Below are positions 13,870-28,000 of a stretch of 64,000 nucleotides of DNA, one piece after another. A program made the position numbers and the translations under genes. Under the pieces are notes generated by a model, which made no database searches, was not told the origin of the DNA, and saw only the letters and a list, made by a program, of their open reading frames with translations. Within the stretch, counting starts at the first letter, position 1. Each line of letters begins with the position of its first letter. Source of the stretch: the human T2T-CHM13v2.0 reference genome, Homo sapiens; NCBI RefSeq assembly GCF_009914755.1, contig NC_060927.1; one strand, given 5' to 3'.

Positions 13870-14001
13870 ACAGGACTGAAAATCTTTCAAGGCCTCTACA
13901 TTCTAAGTGCAACTCATTCAGTAGGGAACTTTACCCACCCATTTGAATGGTTCCCAAATTCATATCACTAGATGAGTTATCTCAAATAAGCTTTCACAAT
14001 T

Positions 14002-14500
14002 TGTGTTGCTTTCCATTTGCCCAATCCACCCAGTACCACTTTCTACTTCTTTAAAATCCTATTTTTGCCCAGGCTAGGAGAAGGAGTATAAATTTCATTA
14101 CTGAGATTCTCTGCCGTATAATTGGGTTCAGTCAATGGAAGACACCAGCAGAAAATCAGAGGGTAAAAAGATGGGATTGGAGTATTCATCTCCTCTCTTG
14201 CCTGATTGTCTGAGATTCTGGCAGGGTCTGCATCTCACGATGGCCATGTCTTCCCTCTGGCTTCCCCTCTTGGGTGACACCAGTTCTCATCCAGTTCATG
14301 AAGCACTGTTCATTCCCTTGCCCATTAAGGCCCAGGGATAAAAACAGCCTTGTACTGTTACTCATCTCTGGCTCCTTTGTCATTTATTGCTGGTTCCCTG
14401 AACCCTGCCAACATCTCTGGAAATAGCTCATTTATTAAATCATTTTCAGTGACATCTTCTTGTGTGCATCATCTACTTCCTGTTGTGACTCTGATAAGTA
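14002..14500 (+). mobile_element. LTR33-like ERVL LTR
   Basis: gggttcagtcaatggaagacaccagcagaaaatcagaggg...ccctgaaccctgcc..aaatagctcatttattaaa. Confidence 0.55.
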
Positions 14501-14714
14501 GAGTCCTTTGAAATTTTTCACCTGAAAATCGCAAAGGTCATCAGGTCAATTTATCTAAAACTGGACTCAGTCTCAACCCCTAAACCTATTTAATTCCTAC
14601 TGTCTATTTGAATTACTTATATAACCATGTTGAACTGCCCATATTTGATGATGCCTCTCCTACAAGATAACATGAAAATATTATATGGTTCAAACTTAAA
14701 GCCTGAAAGTTAAC

Positions 14715-15203
14715 TGTTTTAGTCTGAGTTGACCCCTGAAGCAGTAAAAAAGAAAGTAGTTTATTTGGGAGGTTATCCCAGGAAATACCAATAGAGAAAT
14801 GGGGGAGTGAAATAAGGTAAAGAAAGCAGGGAGTAGAATGTGACTTATTAAGCAAATTACCACTGTGGGCAACCACAGCTTTATCCCATAGGACTTTTAG
14901 CCCCCTGAGGAAGTCTGAGAGATGGTATAAAACAAGAGTCAGAGCTATTCCAACTAATGGGCAAGGAAACTAGGTATTTATCTACCTGATCTCCCTCCAT
15001 CATTTTTGAGGGGTCCAGTGACCAGACACATTATCTCTGGAACTTCTGATTTGCCCTTTGTACCAGCAAAGTGTTCTCCACCAGCCAGGAAAAAACAAAC
15101 AAACAAAGAGCTGTCATACAAGGGTGCAGGGATTCCAACAAGTAGTCTTGGACCATGAGGAGGTGCGTGCTAAAGAGATGCACATAGGCACCAACTGCTA
15201 TAC
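14715..15203 (-). mobile_element. LTR16C-like ERVL LTR
   Basis: aagtagtttatttgggaggttatcccaggaaatacca..gggggagtgaaataagg motif. Confidence 0.6.
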
Positions 15204-15304
15204 TGCCTCTGACTCCTCCCTCTCACTCATTCTCCACATCTAGTCAATCACCAAGGTCTGGAAAATTTTTTTCCAAAAACATTCCTGAATCTATTCCTTC
15301 TAAT

Positions 15305-15890
15305 CTGTTTATATTTTTTCTATTGTGTGTTCACAAATTAACACACATTTACTAACAATTTTTTAAATGCCACACATTTGTTATCTCACAATTTCAGTGG
15401 GTCAGGAGCCCAGGCACAGCTTCACTGGGTTCTCTGCTCAGGGTCTCACAAGGCTGCAATCAAAGGTTGGCCAAGCTGTGTTCCTTTCCTGAGCTCAGGG
15501 TCCACTTTCAAGTTGACATGGTTGTTGGCAAAATTTAGTTTCTTGCAGTTTTGTGTCTAAGGTTCCTGTTTTCTTGCTGTCTGTCAGCCAGAAGACTTTC
15601 CCATCTGCTAGAGGACATTTGCAGTTTTTTTTTTTTTTTCCTCAAGGGCTTCTCTCAGGACCTCTTACAATATGTCAGATTACTAGTTCAAAGCCAGTAA
15701 GTGGGAGTTTCTCACCCCAGTCTACTAATAAAGCCTTATGTAAATACATAATCAAAGGAATGATAGTTCATCACCTTTACCATGTTGTATTTATTTATTC
15801 TGTTTAGATTGTCTGTCCATGCTCAAAGGGAGAAAAAATTACATGAGTGTGACTCATTGTGGGTCCCCTTAGGGTGTGTCTGCCGTACTA
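15305..15890 (-). mobile_element. MLT1E/F-group MaLR LTR
   Basis: ttatctcacaatttcagtgggtcaggag..ctctgctcagggtctcacaaggctgcaatcaa. Confidence 0.65.
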
Positions 15891-15894
15891 ATAG

Positions 15895-16545
15895 TGTCCT
15901 ATTTTAGGTAGCCTCATCTTTCAACTAAAATGCTAAAACAACCATCTAACTGGTTTTCCTTCTTCAGATATCGTAATTTTCAAATCCATTGACCAAAAAC
16001 TGCCAGAGAAGTCTAACATAAATGGAAATCTAATTTTGCAGCTATAATCCCAAAGTATTTTGAAGGTTCCCCTTCAGTGTAATGAGACTCAAAGTCCTCA
16101 TCAGATAAACCAGGCCCTTCATAATCTAGACCCTGCTTGCATCTCAAGTTTTATTTCTACTCATGTAGACTTTACTTACTAACAACAAAATGCAGGCAGT
16201 TTCTTGCACACACCATGTGTTTTTCATTTTCCTGTCTTTGCATATCAGCTGCCGCCTCTACCTGGAATGCCTTTCTACCCTATTTGCTACTTAACTTGTG
16301 TGGCTCAGCAAAAGCACCAAGAAATTGACGAGGGCCCCCAAACTAACTTTAATAACCTTCATTTGTGGTATTATTATATCCTATATATATCTTTATTATT
16401 GCATTTAATACTTTGTAGAAATTTTAATATTTCTATTCAATCTATGAGATGCCTGAAGGTAGGAAGACTGTTTATCTTTGCATCCCGTTGCACCTGGCAC
16501 ATATAGGTCCTCAACATGTTGTTGTTAAATTAATAAATGGATAAG
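15895..16545 (+). mobile_element. L2 3' region; further pieces at ~14510-14714 and 15205-15300
   Basis: ctctacctggaatgcctttct...cacctggcacatataggtcctcaacatgttgttgttaaattaataaatg, an L2 terminus. Confidence 0.65.
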
Positions 16546-18024
16546 TAATTAATTGTCATGATAGATTAAGTCACAAACTGACTATCTGAGGCAACTGTAA
16601 TAGCAAAATATGGTTGAATGATAATTAAAGTCACTAGGCATGGAAAAATATGATAAATATTAATTGCAATTTTCATTTAGATTGGTGTTGACTGAGCTTC
16701 AGTTGATTGTTTCAGAATCCTTTATCAGTGTTTATGATGCATCTCCCGTGGGAAAAGGGATCGTCAGTGAAATAAGTAAATCCAATATATGCCATCTAAT
16801 AAAGAAAAGATGAGGAAAAGATTAAGATCCAAGTCTGAAATGCCAGATGGATATCTGTATCTGATTTACTGATTCTCTTAGACCAGAACTAATTTTTGTC
16901 ATCATGGCATTTTGCTAGGACTGGAGACACATGAGGGCTGTAGATGTCCTATGACAAGGGCACTAAGGCTTCCCAAGTTCATGAACCATGTCTCTTCGAC
17001 CTTGACACCAGTCTTAATAGAACAAGGCCACAATATATTTTTTGGTCTCTAATCCCTTGTTATTAATTGTTCAAATGCTTTGGCATAAAAAACAGGAGGG
17101 AGGCCATTCCTTTATCCCCTGCTGGTTATATCCCTCCTAAAGTTATAATCCCTGTGACAATACCCAACTGCAGATGGCATTGCTTTGATGAAGCTCTTTA
17201 ACCACAATCCTTTTACATACTGTTTGTAATCTGCACAGCCTCCTTTTCTTTGAGGGCATATTTTCACACTTCAGGAGCTCTTCAAACTTATAATTCAGCT
17301 TCGCTGGTGTAAAGATTAAAAAAAAAAAAGCCTTCTCAACTGCTGTTTAAAATCATGCCACTGTTGACCCTAGTCTCCTTCTAAAGCCCTAAAATATAAA
17401 TTAGGGCTGTATTCATTGTGTCCCAAAGAGATTTCTTTTCTGGGACTAGCTCTCACTGCCATGGGGCCTCCCCAGCAGTTCACAATGGACATCTGGTTTT
17501 TGTGCCTTCCCAGATGGGCTCAGTCAGCACAGATTCCAGGGTCTAGGAAAAAGGAGAGGAAAGAGACATTTGGTACCAGACTATATTTTACATTTACAAT
17601 ACAGGAAGAAATCTGCATCTCTTTTTCTCTCAGCTCCACCATCACCTGCATAAGTTATTTGTGCTCCTACTGAGCTGACACTGGTTAACAAACTTCACTT
17701 TTTATGATTTCCCGATGAAAAAATATTTGGGAGGTAAAAAATTATTAAGTGTGACTGATTCCTCATGTTTAAAAAATCTATCTATAAAAAGTACATGGGT
17801 GCTTTAATTATTGGGAAATAATAGTAAGTTTGAATGACATGTTGTGTCCTGAAATAGAAAAGCGAAAGAATGAAGAAGATTTATTGTGCATTCTATTAAG
17901 TAGTATTAGAAAACACTTATACAGGGTTTAAAATATGCCAGGCAATATCTTGAGTGATTTTCATCAGGATGAAAAACACGTAAAATGGCACTTCTAAGAT
18001 AATGGCTATTTAAAAATCTTAGCA

Positions 18025-19470
18025 ACTGTACATTTTACTGAAATTTTGAGAAAATTGTACCTGGATATGCTATTGTAAATAATAATACTGAAAGTGTGCT
18101 CTGTACACTTTCCCTAGTTTTCCCTAATGGGAACATTTTGAAACTATAGTATAATAGCACAACCATGTTATTGATGTTGATACAATCTGCTAATCTTAGA
18201 TTTCTCCAAATACATTTTACTTATTTGTGTGTGTGGTGTTTAATCTGTGCATTATGTTACATGTGTAGATTCATATATCCGCCATCATAATCAAGAAACT
18301 GAACAGTTTCATTACTAGATAATCAAGAAACTGAACAGTTTCATTACCAGGTAATCAAGAAACTGAACAGTTTCATCACTACAGGATCCCTTCTGTTGCT
18401 CTGTTAGAACCACACATACTTACAACCCTCTATCCCTCATTTCTGGCAACCACTAACAGGTCCTCCATTTGTAAATTTTGTATGTCAAGAATGTTATATA
18501 AATGGAATTATAAAGTATATAATCTTTTAGGATTGGCTTGTCTCACTCAGCATAATTCTCTGAAGATTCATCCAAGCTGTTGCATATATCAATAATTTGT
18601 TCTTTTTATTACTGGTTATCTCATTCAATTTCTTCTAAGTTGTCTAAATTAGTGTAAAGTTATCCATAGCATTTCCTTGTTAATCTTTTAATAGCTGCAA
18701 GATTTGTAATTATATCCTATATTTTATTCCCAATATTTATTATTTATGCCTTCTTGCTTCGTATTTCTGTGAGTCTTGCTAGAGATTTTAATGTTATTGA
18801 TTGTTTTAAAGATTCTGTTTTCTGTTTCATTGGTTTTCCCCACTGTTAATAATTTTAAATTTCTTTGGTTTTTGCTCTCATCTTTAAGATTTCCTTTCTT
18901 CTGCTTTCTTTGTGTTAATTTTGCTCTTCTTTTTCTAGTTTCTAGAGGTAGAAAGTTAGGTAATTGATTTGAGTGGTTTTCTCTTTTCTGATGTAGGAAT
19001 TTAGGGCTATAAGCTTTCCTCTCAGCACTGCCTTGGCTGCATATTATGTATTCTGATAAATTGTGTTTTTGTTTTTATTAATTTTTATGCATGTATTTTT
19101 AAATTTTTCTTTTATCCAGGAAGTATTTAGAAATTTGTAGTTTATTTTTTATGTGTTTAGAGATTTTAAAGGCTTCTTTCTGTTATGGATTTTTGGTCAC
19201 AGAACACAAACTCTACATTACTTCAATTCTTTTAAATTTGTCGAGGTTTGTTTTATGGTTCAGGTTATTTTGGCAAATGTTCCACGGGTGCTTGAAATAA
19301 ATATGTATATATTCTGCAGTTTTCAGGTGGACATTTTTATATGTGTCAATTAGATCCTATTTTCTGAAAGGTGTTCAGATTTGCTTTGTCTTTGCTAAAT
19401 TTTCTGTCTAATATTCCTATCAGTATCTGAGAGGGAGACCTTGAAGTCCTGAACTATAATTGTACAATTT
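18025..19470 (-). mobile_element. L1MC-like 3' end and ORF2 fragments
   Basis: ctggcaaccactaac..ctccatttgtaaattttg..caagaatgttatataaatggaat and ttcctctcagcactgccttggctgca are antisense L1 motifs. Confidence 0.75.
18287..18380. repeat. 32-bp tandem triplication inside L1MC
   Basis: ataatcaagaaactgaacagtttcattactag x ~3, copies starting at 18287, 18319 and 18351. Confidence 0.95.
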
Positions 19471-19502
19471 TTATTTTTATTAGTATTATTATAGTATAGT
19501 GA

Positions 19503-19812
<310 letters not shown>

Positions 19813-20479
19813 CAGAGTGATATCTTATCTCTAAAAATAAAAAATAAAAAGATTTCCATATTTTTGTCAATATTCTCTTTGTTCTCCTTTTCTAATTTTC
19901 TCCCCACTCCAAAAAACTGAATCAACAAATACACTCTGTGGTATTAAAAACTGTTGCAATCAAATCTTTTCCATTAATGTTTTAATAAAATATAATTTTG
20001 ATTCTTGTGTAGCTATAAAAAGTAATGAAAACTTAAAATTCTGGCCTGCATAAGATTGCTGAGATTATTCAACTACATATACATATGGAAATTTATTATT
20101 TTAGAAAACTTAACATGCCAAATTAAAATATTGCAAAAAATGCTTGCTAATTATACCTCTAAATGTGTTATTTAAATAGAAGTTAATAGTCCTAAAATGT
20201 TGGAGGACATACTTCATTCATTACTAAATGTCAACAAATGACATAAAAATCTACTATCTTTAAGAAAGAATCAGGATTAATCCAGAAATGTAAGAAAAGT
20301 ATTAATTGCTATCCTTTAAATGAATGAGAAAAGACTTATGAAATTCTTCAGTTTAATGCTTTGGGACACTAGCACATTGAGTGACTTTATGCAGGATTGC
20401 ACCCTAAGCAAAACAGGACATATGCCTTTCTGAGGCATTTATACTCAAACATCAATTTCAACTTTAAAATATAATTTAT

Positions 20480-20853
20480 TGTATTAGTCTATTCTTATGC
20501 TGCTATAAGGACATACCTGAGACTGGGTAATTTATATAGGAAAGAGGCTTAATTAACTCACAGTTCAGCATGGCTAGGCAGGCCTCAGGAAACTTATAGT
20601 CATGGCAGAAGGGGAAGCCAACATATCCTTCTTCACATGGTGGCAGGGAGAAGAAGGAGAGCTGAGCAAAGGGGGAAGTTCCTTATAAAATCATCGGATC
20701 TTTTGAGAATTTACTGACTATCATGAGAACAGGATGGAGGAAACCAGCCCCATGATTCAATTATCTCCACCCAGTCCCTCTCATGACATGTAGGAATTAT
20801 GGGAACTACAATTCAAGATGAGATTTGGGTGGGGACACAGCCAAACCATATCA
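20480..20853 (-). mobile_element. THE1C-like MaLR solo LTR
   Basis: tgtattagtc...gagatttgggtggggacacagccaaaccatatca; 5-bp TSD TTTAT at 20475-20479 and 20854-20858. Confidence 0.92.
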
Positions 20854-21509
20854 TTTATCAAGACTATTCTTTCAGGGATCATTTTTATGCTTTGTACTAG
20901 AAGTTTCTCTGAAAGTGTAGAGCACCATCAACTATGGGAAAGGGGCACAGCATTGTCTCCTAAGCATGAAGCCAGCTCTCTGTGTTGTGTTGCTGCAACT
21001 GACACTTGGTATTGATGATCATTCTTTCCCTCCCTCAAAAGAATAAGAGGGGAGGATGAAGTCTGAGAGGTAATTATTTAAAATAACTAATTAATTTAAT
21101 ATAATGCAGTTTATCAGGCAACAATATGTAGAGATTAAAATGCACGTTTGTTTCTATCATCTATAGAAGATACATCTTCCACAGTTTTTTACAGAAGGCT
21201 GTCATTTCTCTAAGGATTCACAATCAATATTCTTTGGTTTATACAGTGTATACATCCAGTAATCAGATACATTACTTGACATGTTTTTAAATGTTAACTT
21301 TCTTTGACATTTTAATATTTTAATCAGGAATTTCATTTCCCTAGATAAGATAGCTTTCATTATGAAATTGTGCTTTTTCAGTTCATTTGAAGGTGGCATT
21401 GTGTCTGAACTTTAGGAACAATGACTGAAGATAAAGATGTTAAAAAAACATCAAGATACAACAGAATATCATATAAAATTTTTATTAAGTTAAATGACAT
21501 TAAATGAGA

Positions 21510-22068
21510 GTAGTAGTTTTAAAATATATCTACTAATTCTTTGACATGCCTTCCTTTAAGAAACGGAGCTTCATCCCCCACCCCTTGAATGTTGGGTGGA
21601 TGTAGTGGCTTGCTTCTATCAAATAGACTATGTAGAAGTGATGGTGTGTGACCTTCAATATGAGGTCATGCAGGGCCTTGCATCTGTCTCTTCACTCTCT
21701 CTGGGATCACTTGCTCTGGTGAAAGCTGGTAATAGATACCATGTCATCAGAATACTCAAGCAACTCCATGTAGAGGTCCATGTGGACAGGAATGGATGCT
21801 TCTTTTCAAAAATCATCAAGGAATCAATGCCTTCTGCTAGAGTCATGTAATTGAACCATCCAGTAAGTGGATCCTGTAGCTACAGCTCCAGTGAAGTTTT
21901 TAAGATGACAGTAACTCCAGCCAACACCATGGCTTGACCCTCAGCCAGAACCATCCAGCTAAGCTGCCTTCAAATTTTTGACTCATAGAAATATGAGACA
22001 ATAATGTTTTATGTTTTAAACTCCCAAGTATGTGGATAATTTGTTCTGCATCAATAAATAACTATTAC
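21510..22068 (+). mobile_element. MLT1F-like MaLR solo LTR
   Basis: gttttaaaatatatctactaattctttgac...ccccttgaatgttgg...aataaataactattaca. Confidence 0.75.
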
Positions 22069-25000
22069 AAATACCTTCCCTTATAGACCTTGACAAAAGA
22101 TCACATCCTTTGATGTCCAGAAGTAAACATGAACTGACATGTGATAAATTCTGGAAACATTATCGGAAACAGAACTCCTTTCTTTTGACAAGCCCAATGC
22201 CCCCCCACCCACTGCCCATTTCAGCCCACCAATATCTTTACATCAATCCACTCTCCTATGATTCTTTCTCATCCAGATTTTCAGATTAGAATAATAAATC
22301 TAGTTCACTTTTGCTTAGATAGACTTAAATCAGTCAAGTTCTCTTATTTCATTTTTTGGTTTTTCAATGAGATTCTACAATAGGGATATCTATTTCCAGA
22401 AATCAGATAACTAACTTTTCACTTACAAATAAGGTATTTTTTAATTTCCATACTTCTGAATATTCTTGTTCTGACCTTGCCACGGAATTTCTATATACCT
22501 GTGGTCTTTTTACAGAAACTGTCTTGATATCATATTTAAATACATAAAGAATGATCTGTATCTTAACATTCTATGAATATATCAGCATATTCACTTTTTA
22601 ATATAAATATTTCAGTAAAAGTTAATGTCAAATTACCTGGAGCAAGCAAACCTGCTGAGTAACTATTAAGGCAAAAACTGGGAGGCAAAAAATGGCTTTC
22701 TAAAGTGCAGAATCTTGGGAGTGACATAATTCTGTCAATGGTCAAATTGACTTCTCAGAAATCCCACTGTTCTGTGCAAGGAACTCCCAAACAGAATATC
22801 CTAAGAGTAATATTAACAACCCCAGTCAAATCCGCTTTCTATATTTTTTCCACCTAACTCCTCATAGGTTTTTTCGTTTATTCCAGAGTGGCGAAAGTTT
22901 TGTAATGTACTAGGGCAGAAAATTCTTACGGGAAAAAATAAACTTCATGTTTCTTTCTAAAATAGATACGTATTTCTTCCACTGCTTATTTCACTAATGT
23001 TATTTGGCTTGGTCAGCTACTGCGTATTGCATGATATTTTTTTTCTGGGATAAGTTATTTCAACTTCAAACTTGGAGGGTTTTTAAAAGAAAAACTGAAA
23101 ACTATTTTTACTAAAAGGGCATGAGTCACAAATGATGGCTATACTTAATTAGTTTTCCAAATTTTATAATACTCCAAATTGTGGGTCAAACAGAATTTAA
23201 CAAAAATAAAATGTTTGTGCAAATCCCCTTCCTTACATGTCTTCAAGCATCATACAGCAACACTGGAATGTGTTATGATAGAATTAATAATTCAGAGCGT
23301 GTCATTAGGAAAACTTCCCTGAAAGTTGATTTGAATATTATGTCAGTACTAAATTGGAATAAGGTATAACCAGAAACCCAAGTTTAAAGTCATAGTGACA
23401 TTTAAAAATTGCTAAAATGAAGTACTGTGGCAATTTCAAATTAAGATTAACAATATTGCCATCACCGGAAACATCCTTGACACCTAAGGCTGAACTGTTT
23501 CCTTGTGTTACCAAGTCATGATAATACCAGCTCCAGTCTTATACTGAGAATGAACATTTCAATAGGACTGACAACTGATCCTCAGGAATCCGAAAGGAAA
23601 TATCAAATAGGTGTTACTTATCCACATGTGAGTCTTCCAGGAAGACCCGGGGAATTTGTAAGGCTCAATATTGCTGGAAATTCACTTAATGCACACTGTC
23701 CTTCTCCCCAGTGTCTACACGGGAATGATTTAGGGATACAGGTTGCCATGTCTTGATTTAGAGCTAAGATCTTAATCACAATAAAACCCCTGCGTTGGCA
23801 GACCTTTCTTGTTATCTTCACGAAGACCTCAGCAAAACAGGCACTCAATTCCTCACAATTCTCACAGAACCGCCTTATGGTTTTTCTAAGCAGCCATTCT
23901 CTTTTTGGAATTTGCATTTAGACCAATTGGAGATAAGATCTGGTGCTTTAGGGAGCAGGTGTTAAGAGACCCAACAAAAAGTAGAGCTGTCTGAGAGCTG
24001 TAGAACAGTGTAGGTTGGAGCAATCAATTTTATTGCAGTACACTGTTTCTCTTGCTACTAACAGCTGCTGGGAGGATAGCAGGAAAGCTACCCTGCTGAG
24101 CAGATTTGAATCAGAGGATGGAAAATCCACCTCATTTCCAGGCTGAGGGGTCCCACATTAAAAGACCATAAAGTTAAAGTCATTTAAATAGTAGCTCCAG
24201 GGGCACATTAACTTTGCCTTCTTATAAAATGTCTGTTAATACAGATCTCAAAGACAAGTTGCTTGTCATTTTATCATTCAACACAACATAGCAGGTTTTT
24301 ACATTTGTTTTCGTGCCTCAGACATTTGTGTTTACTGATACAGACACACAGACACATACACACAAAGTCTGATTAAATGAACAAAAAAGAGCATGCTATC
24401 ACCATTTATATATATGGAAGCCACTATCTACATATAGCTAACACTGGCAATTTGAAATCTTTGCAAAACATTTAAAGTACTGAAATGAACATTTCATCAT
24501 TACTGTTGGGGAAAAAAAAAACACAATTTATTGCCATGCATATTGCTGCAAACTTGGTGAAGCTTTAAATTTTCTGGATTGTGGATTTTGGAACATTTCT
24601 GCCCTGGAGGAATGCCTTAGAGGAGCAAATATGAAATATAAATTGGTCTTTGAGAATTCCGCTGAGTTAGATGGCTGGATGCATATCGACTTGTGAGTAA
24701 AGTCTTCATAGAAAGACCTGAACTGATTCAGGCTTGACTGTTCCTGCTGCTGTCAGTTGGACATTTCCTTGAGAGATCCCTTGAGAGATGCAGCTTATGG
24801 GTGCCATACTGTAACTGTAAACTACTTGGGAAAAAAAGGAGAGAGTGGGATTAAAAATATGCCTGGCAGCTCAAGGGTCTGGTATGAATGCCAAGTAGCA
24901 GCTGAGACAACTGTGTTATAGCTTTACATTGCCAAAGGGAAGGAATGTTTTTTAAGATAGCCAGGTTCTTGTTTACTTTCTTTAAGAATAGATAATGCAA

Positions 25001-25515
25001 TGCTTCTCAACAATGTAATTATTTTTGAGTTTTAAAAATAATGTATAACAATGTTTCATATCCAAGGCAAATTAAAAGACTGAATTTACAATCAATGTGC
25101 CTGGCTAAATGGAATTATATAAATCTGGCTATGTAACGTACAAACTATTAATGTTGCATCCATATGCTACTAGGATGGATAAAATATCTAGATTATTGTT
25201 TTCAATTATTATAGTACCTTGTATAGTATAGATATGGGTGTAGGCAAATTTTTACAGGATATTTCTGTGTGCCTACAATGTAAAAATATCAGCATCATTT
25301 TATTTTAAGCAATCGTATTTATTAAACTGTCAAAGCCATTGATATTAAATATTTAAATAGAAAACTAGAAGCTCATCAAAATAGCCAGCTGCCTTAAATA
25401 TAAGATAATGTGATAATTTTAAGAAACAGGATACTGTAAAATAACTTTCATTCACTTTTTACAATTAAGAAAAATTGAAGTTATGTATAATCTTTTTAAA
25501 AAAATCAACTACTGG

Positions 25516-25827
<312 letters not shown>

Positions 25828-26123
25828 ACTGCTGATAGATTTATAAATGTATGTGATACCTGGAATGAAATTTTTCCAAATTTTTTTTAAATTTTCAGTT
25901 GCTTTGTTGTTTTATGTGACACAACTGTTTTGTCTTTTGGATTTGAACCATTTGCCTAGGTGGAATCTTTTTAATTTCTTTGTGAAGAAAATCGAAAAAG
26001 TTATTTTAATACATACTCCACTTTCCAGCTTTGAAACAGCAATATGAATTTCCAACAGAGGCTACTTCACTTTTAAAAACCCATATTAGCTTTTGGCTAA
26101 AGTGAGAGCACCCTGTTGAGGGA

Positions 26124-26167
26124 CGCTTCTCATGGAAAACAATCTCGCTTCTCATGGAAAACAATCT
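26124..26167. repeat. Perfect 22-bp tandem duplication
   Basis: cgcttctcatggaaaacaatct x2. Confidence 0.95.
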
Positions 26168-27621
26168 GATATGATGTATTTGGTGCAAAAGAGGCATCAT
26201 AAGAACTTGCTACCAACGGGGCCTGAGGATTGCACCATGAAGGATAAGTCAGCATTCATTCATCTACTCTGGCCATCTGCCCTTGTCTTTACATCTCTTT
26301 ATATCTGCCTGTCTCTGAGTCCTGTAACTCATCAGCAAGGCAGCAGCTGTTGGACTTTCTTGCTGAAGATACTGAAGCCTCAAGCCTGAAGCTTCACAGA
26401 AAAGGAAATACTAATTTGTAAACATCATCACCCTTCAATCACTTTGGGCCTGAGTCATGGGGAAAACCCAAAGTGATTTGTAAACACACTAGCATACAGA
26501 AGTGTTCCCTATTTCACACCTTTTGTTCCATCTATAGGGAGAGCAAGGTCCATATGCTTATGTAATTCTCACCTTAACCCCACACATTTTGAAAATTACA
26601 CAGGCTGAAGATGGAAAGGAAAAGTACTTGGGTAGATATGATGCTTACCATATGTGCCAGATTTCAGGTAATTCTCATCAAGCATTAAAATATTCCAAAA
26701 ATTTCAACATTTGGAGCTAAAAATGCCTCTTCCATATTGACTCTCATGCCTGGAAAGCCATGTGCTTTCCATTTCGTGTCTTCTTTCATTTGGAAAATAC
26801 AGTCCAAGGATTTTGGTAGAAAACTCATGACTCTGAGGCATACTATGAAGCTTCTTTTTATCCAATTAACATCATCATTTAGACTCGCATGGCACAAGCA
26901 TATTGTTTTGCACGATAGGTGCTTATTCAATGCTGATTTTGTTTAATTTAGCTCAATGATAAATATCGTATGGTTAATGAAACTGATCATTGTCATTATA
27001 CATCCATCAAGAATATAGGCTCACTGAAGTTTAAACTAAAAGTTCATGTTTTTTACAAAATACTTGTGAAACGACAAGCAAATATTTTCTTATAAATAAT
27101 GAAGATCATCTTAAATGACTGTAGATACAATGACACAGACATACATAATAAGAGAACACACGTGACATAACTTCAAGATATTCAAAACTCATCTAATCTC
27201 ATGTATGTCCTCAGAAGCTTTATCTTACACCAGAAATATCTGCCATTTTTCTCATTTCTATTATTAAATATATTGCATTTTCAGAGTATTCTTGTATAAA
27301 TGAAAATACATTAAACAGAATGTGTAACAGTTTATCATTTTAGCCTTCATGATTTCATTTGGAAGATTAGACTTTTTTGGCTTTCTTCCATAGATTAGGA
27401 ATATGAGAAACATATAACAGGATGAGTAATTTTTGATAAAAGTGTGTGTACTTTGGTAAAGTTCTAAACACAGTACATATTCTGAAATGGCATACATAAA
27501 TGAGGTAGCAGAGAGAGCTCCCTTAGGCAGCCAGAGGGCAAGCTCATGAGGACATTGGGTTTCAATTAGAAGTTATTCAAAAAAATGAACAATTACAAAA
27601 AGAAGTTTTCTGCTATGTCAT

Positions 27622-28000
27622 TGTTATGGGTTGAATTGTGTTCCTCCTCCAATTCTTATGCTGAAGTCCTAACCCCAGTGCTTCAGAATGTGACTTCATT
27701 TGGAAGTAAGATCTTTAAATATGTAATTAAGGTAAAATGAGGCCATATGCATGAACCCTAATCTAACATGACTGGTATTCTTATGAAAAGAGTGGATTAG
27801 GACACAGATGTACAGCGGGAAAACCATGTGAAGACACAGAAGGAAAACAGCCATCTGCAAGCCAAGCAGAGAGGCTTTAGAAGAAACAACCCTGCTGACA
27901 ACTTGATCTTGCACTTCTAGCCTCTGGAACTGTGAGAAAATAAATGTCTGTTGTTTAAGCCACACAGTCTTTGTTATGGTAGCCCTAGTAAACTAAAACC
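27622..28000 (+). mobile_element. MLT1B-like MaLR solo LTR
   Basis: tgttatgggttgaattgtgt...cagaatgtgac...gaactgtgagaaaataaatgtctgttgtttaagccac. Confidence 0.88.

Noticed and set aside
18287-18380. CRISPR-like look of 32-bp palindromic repeats
   Set aside because: No spacers, human DNA, and the unit is L1MC sequence.
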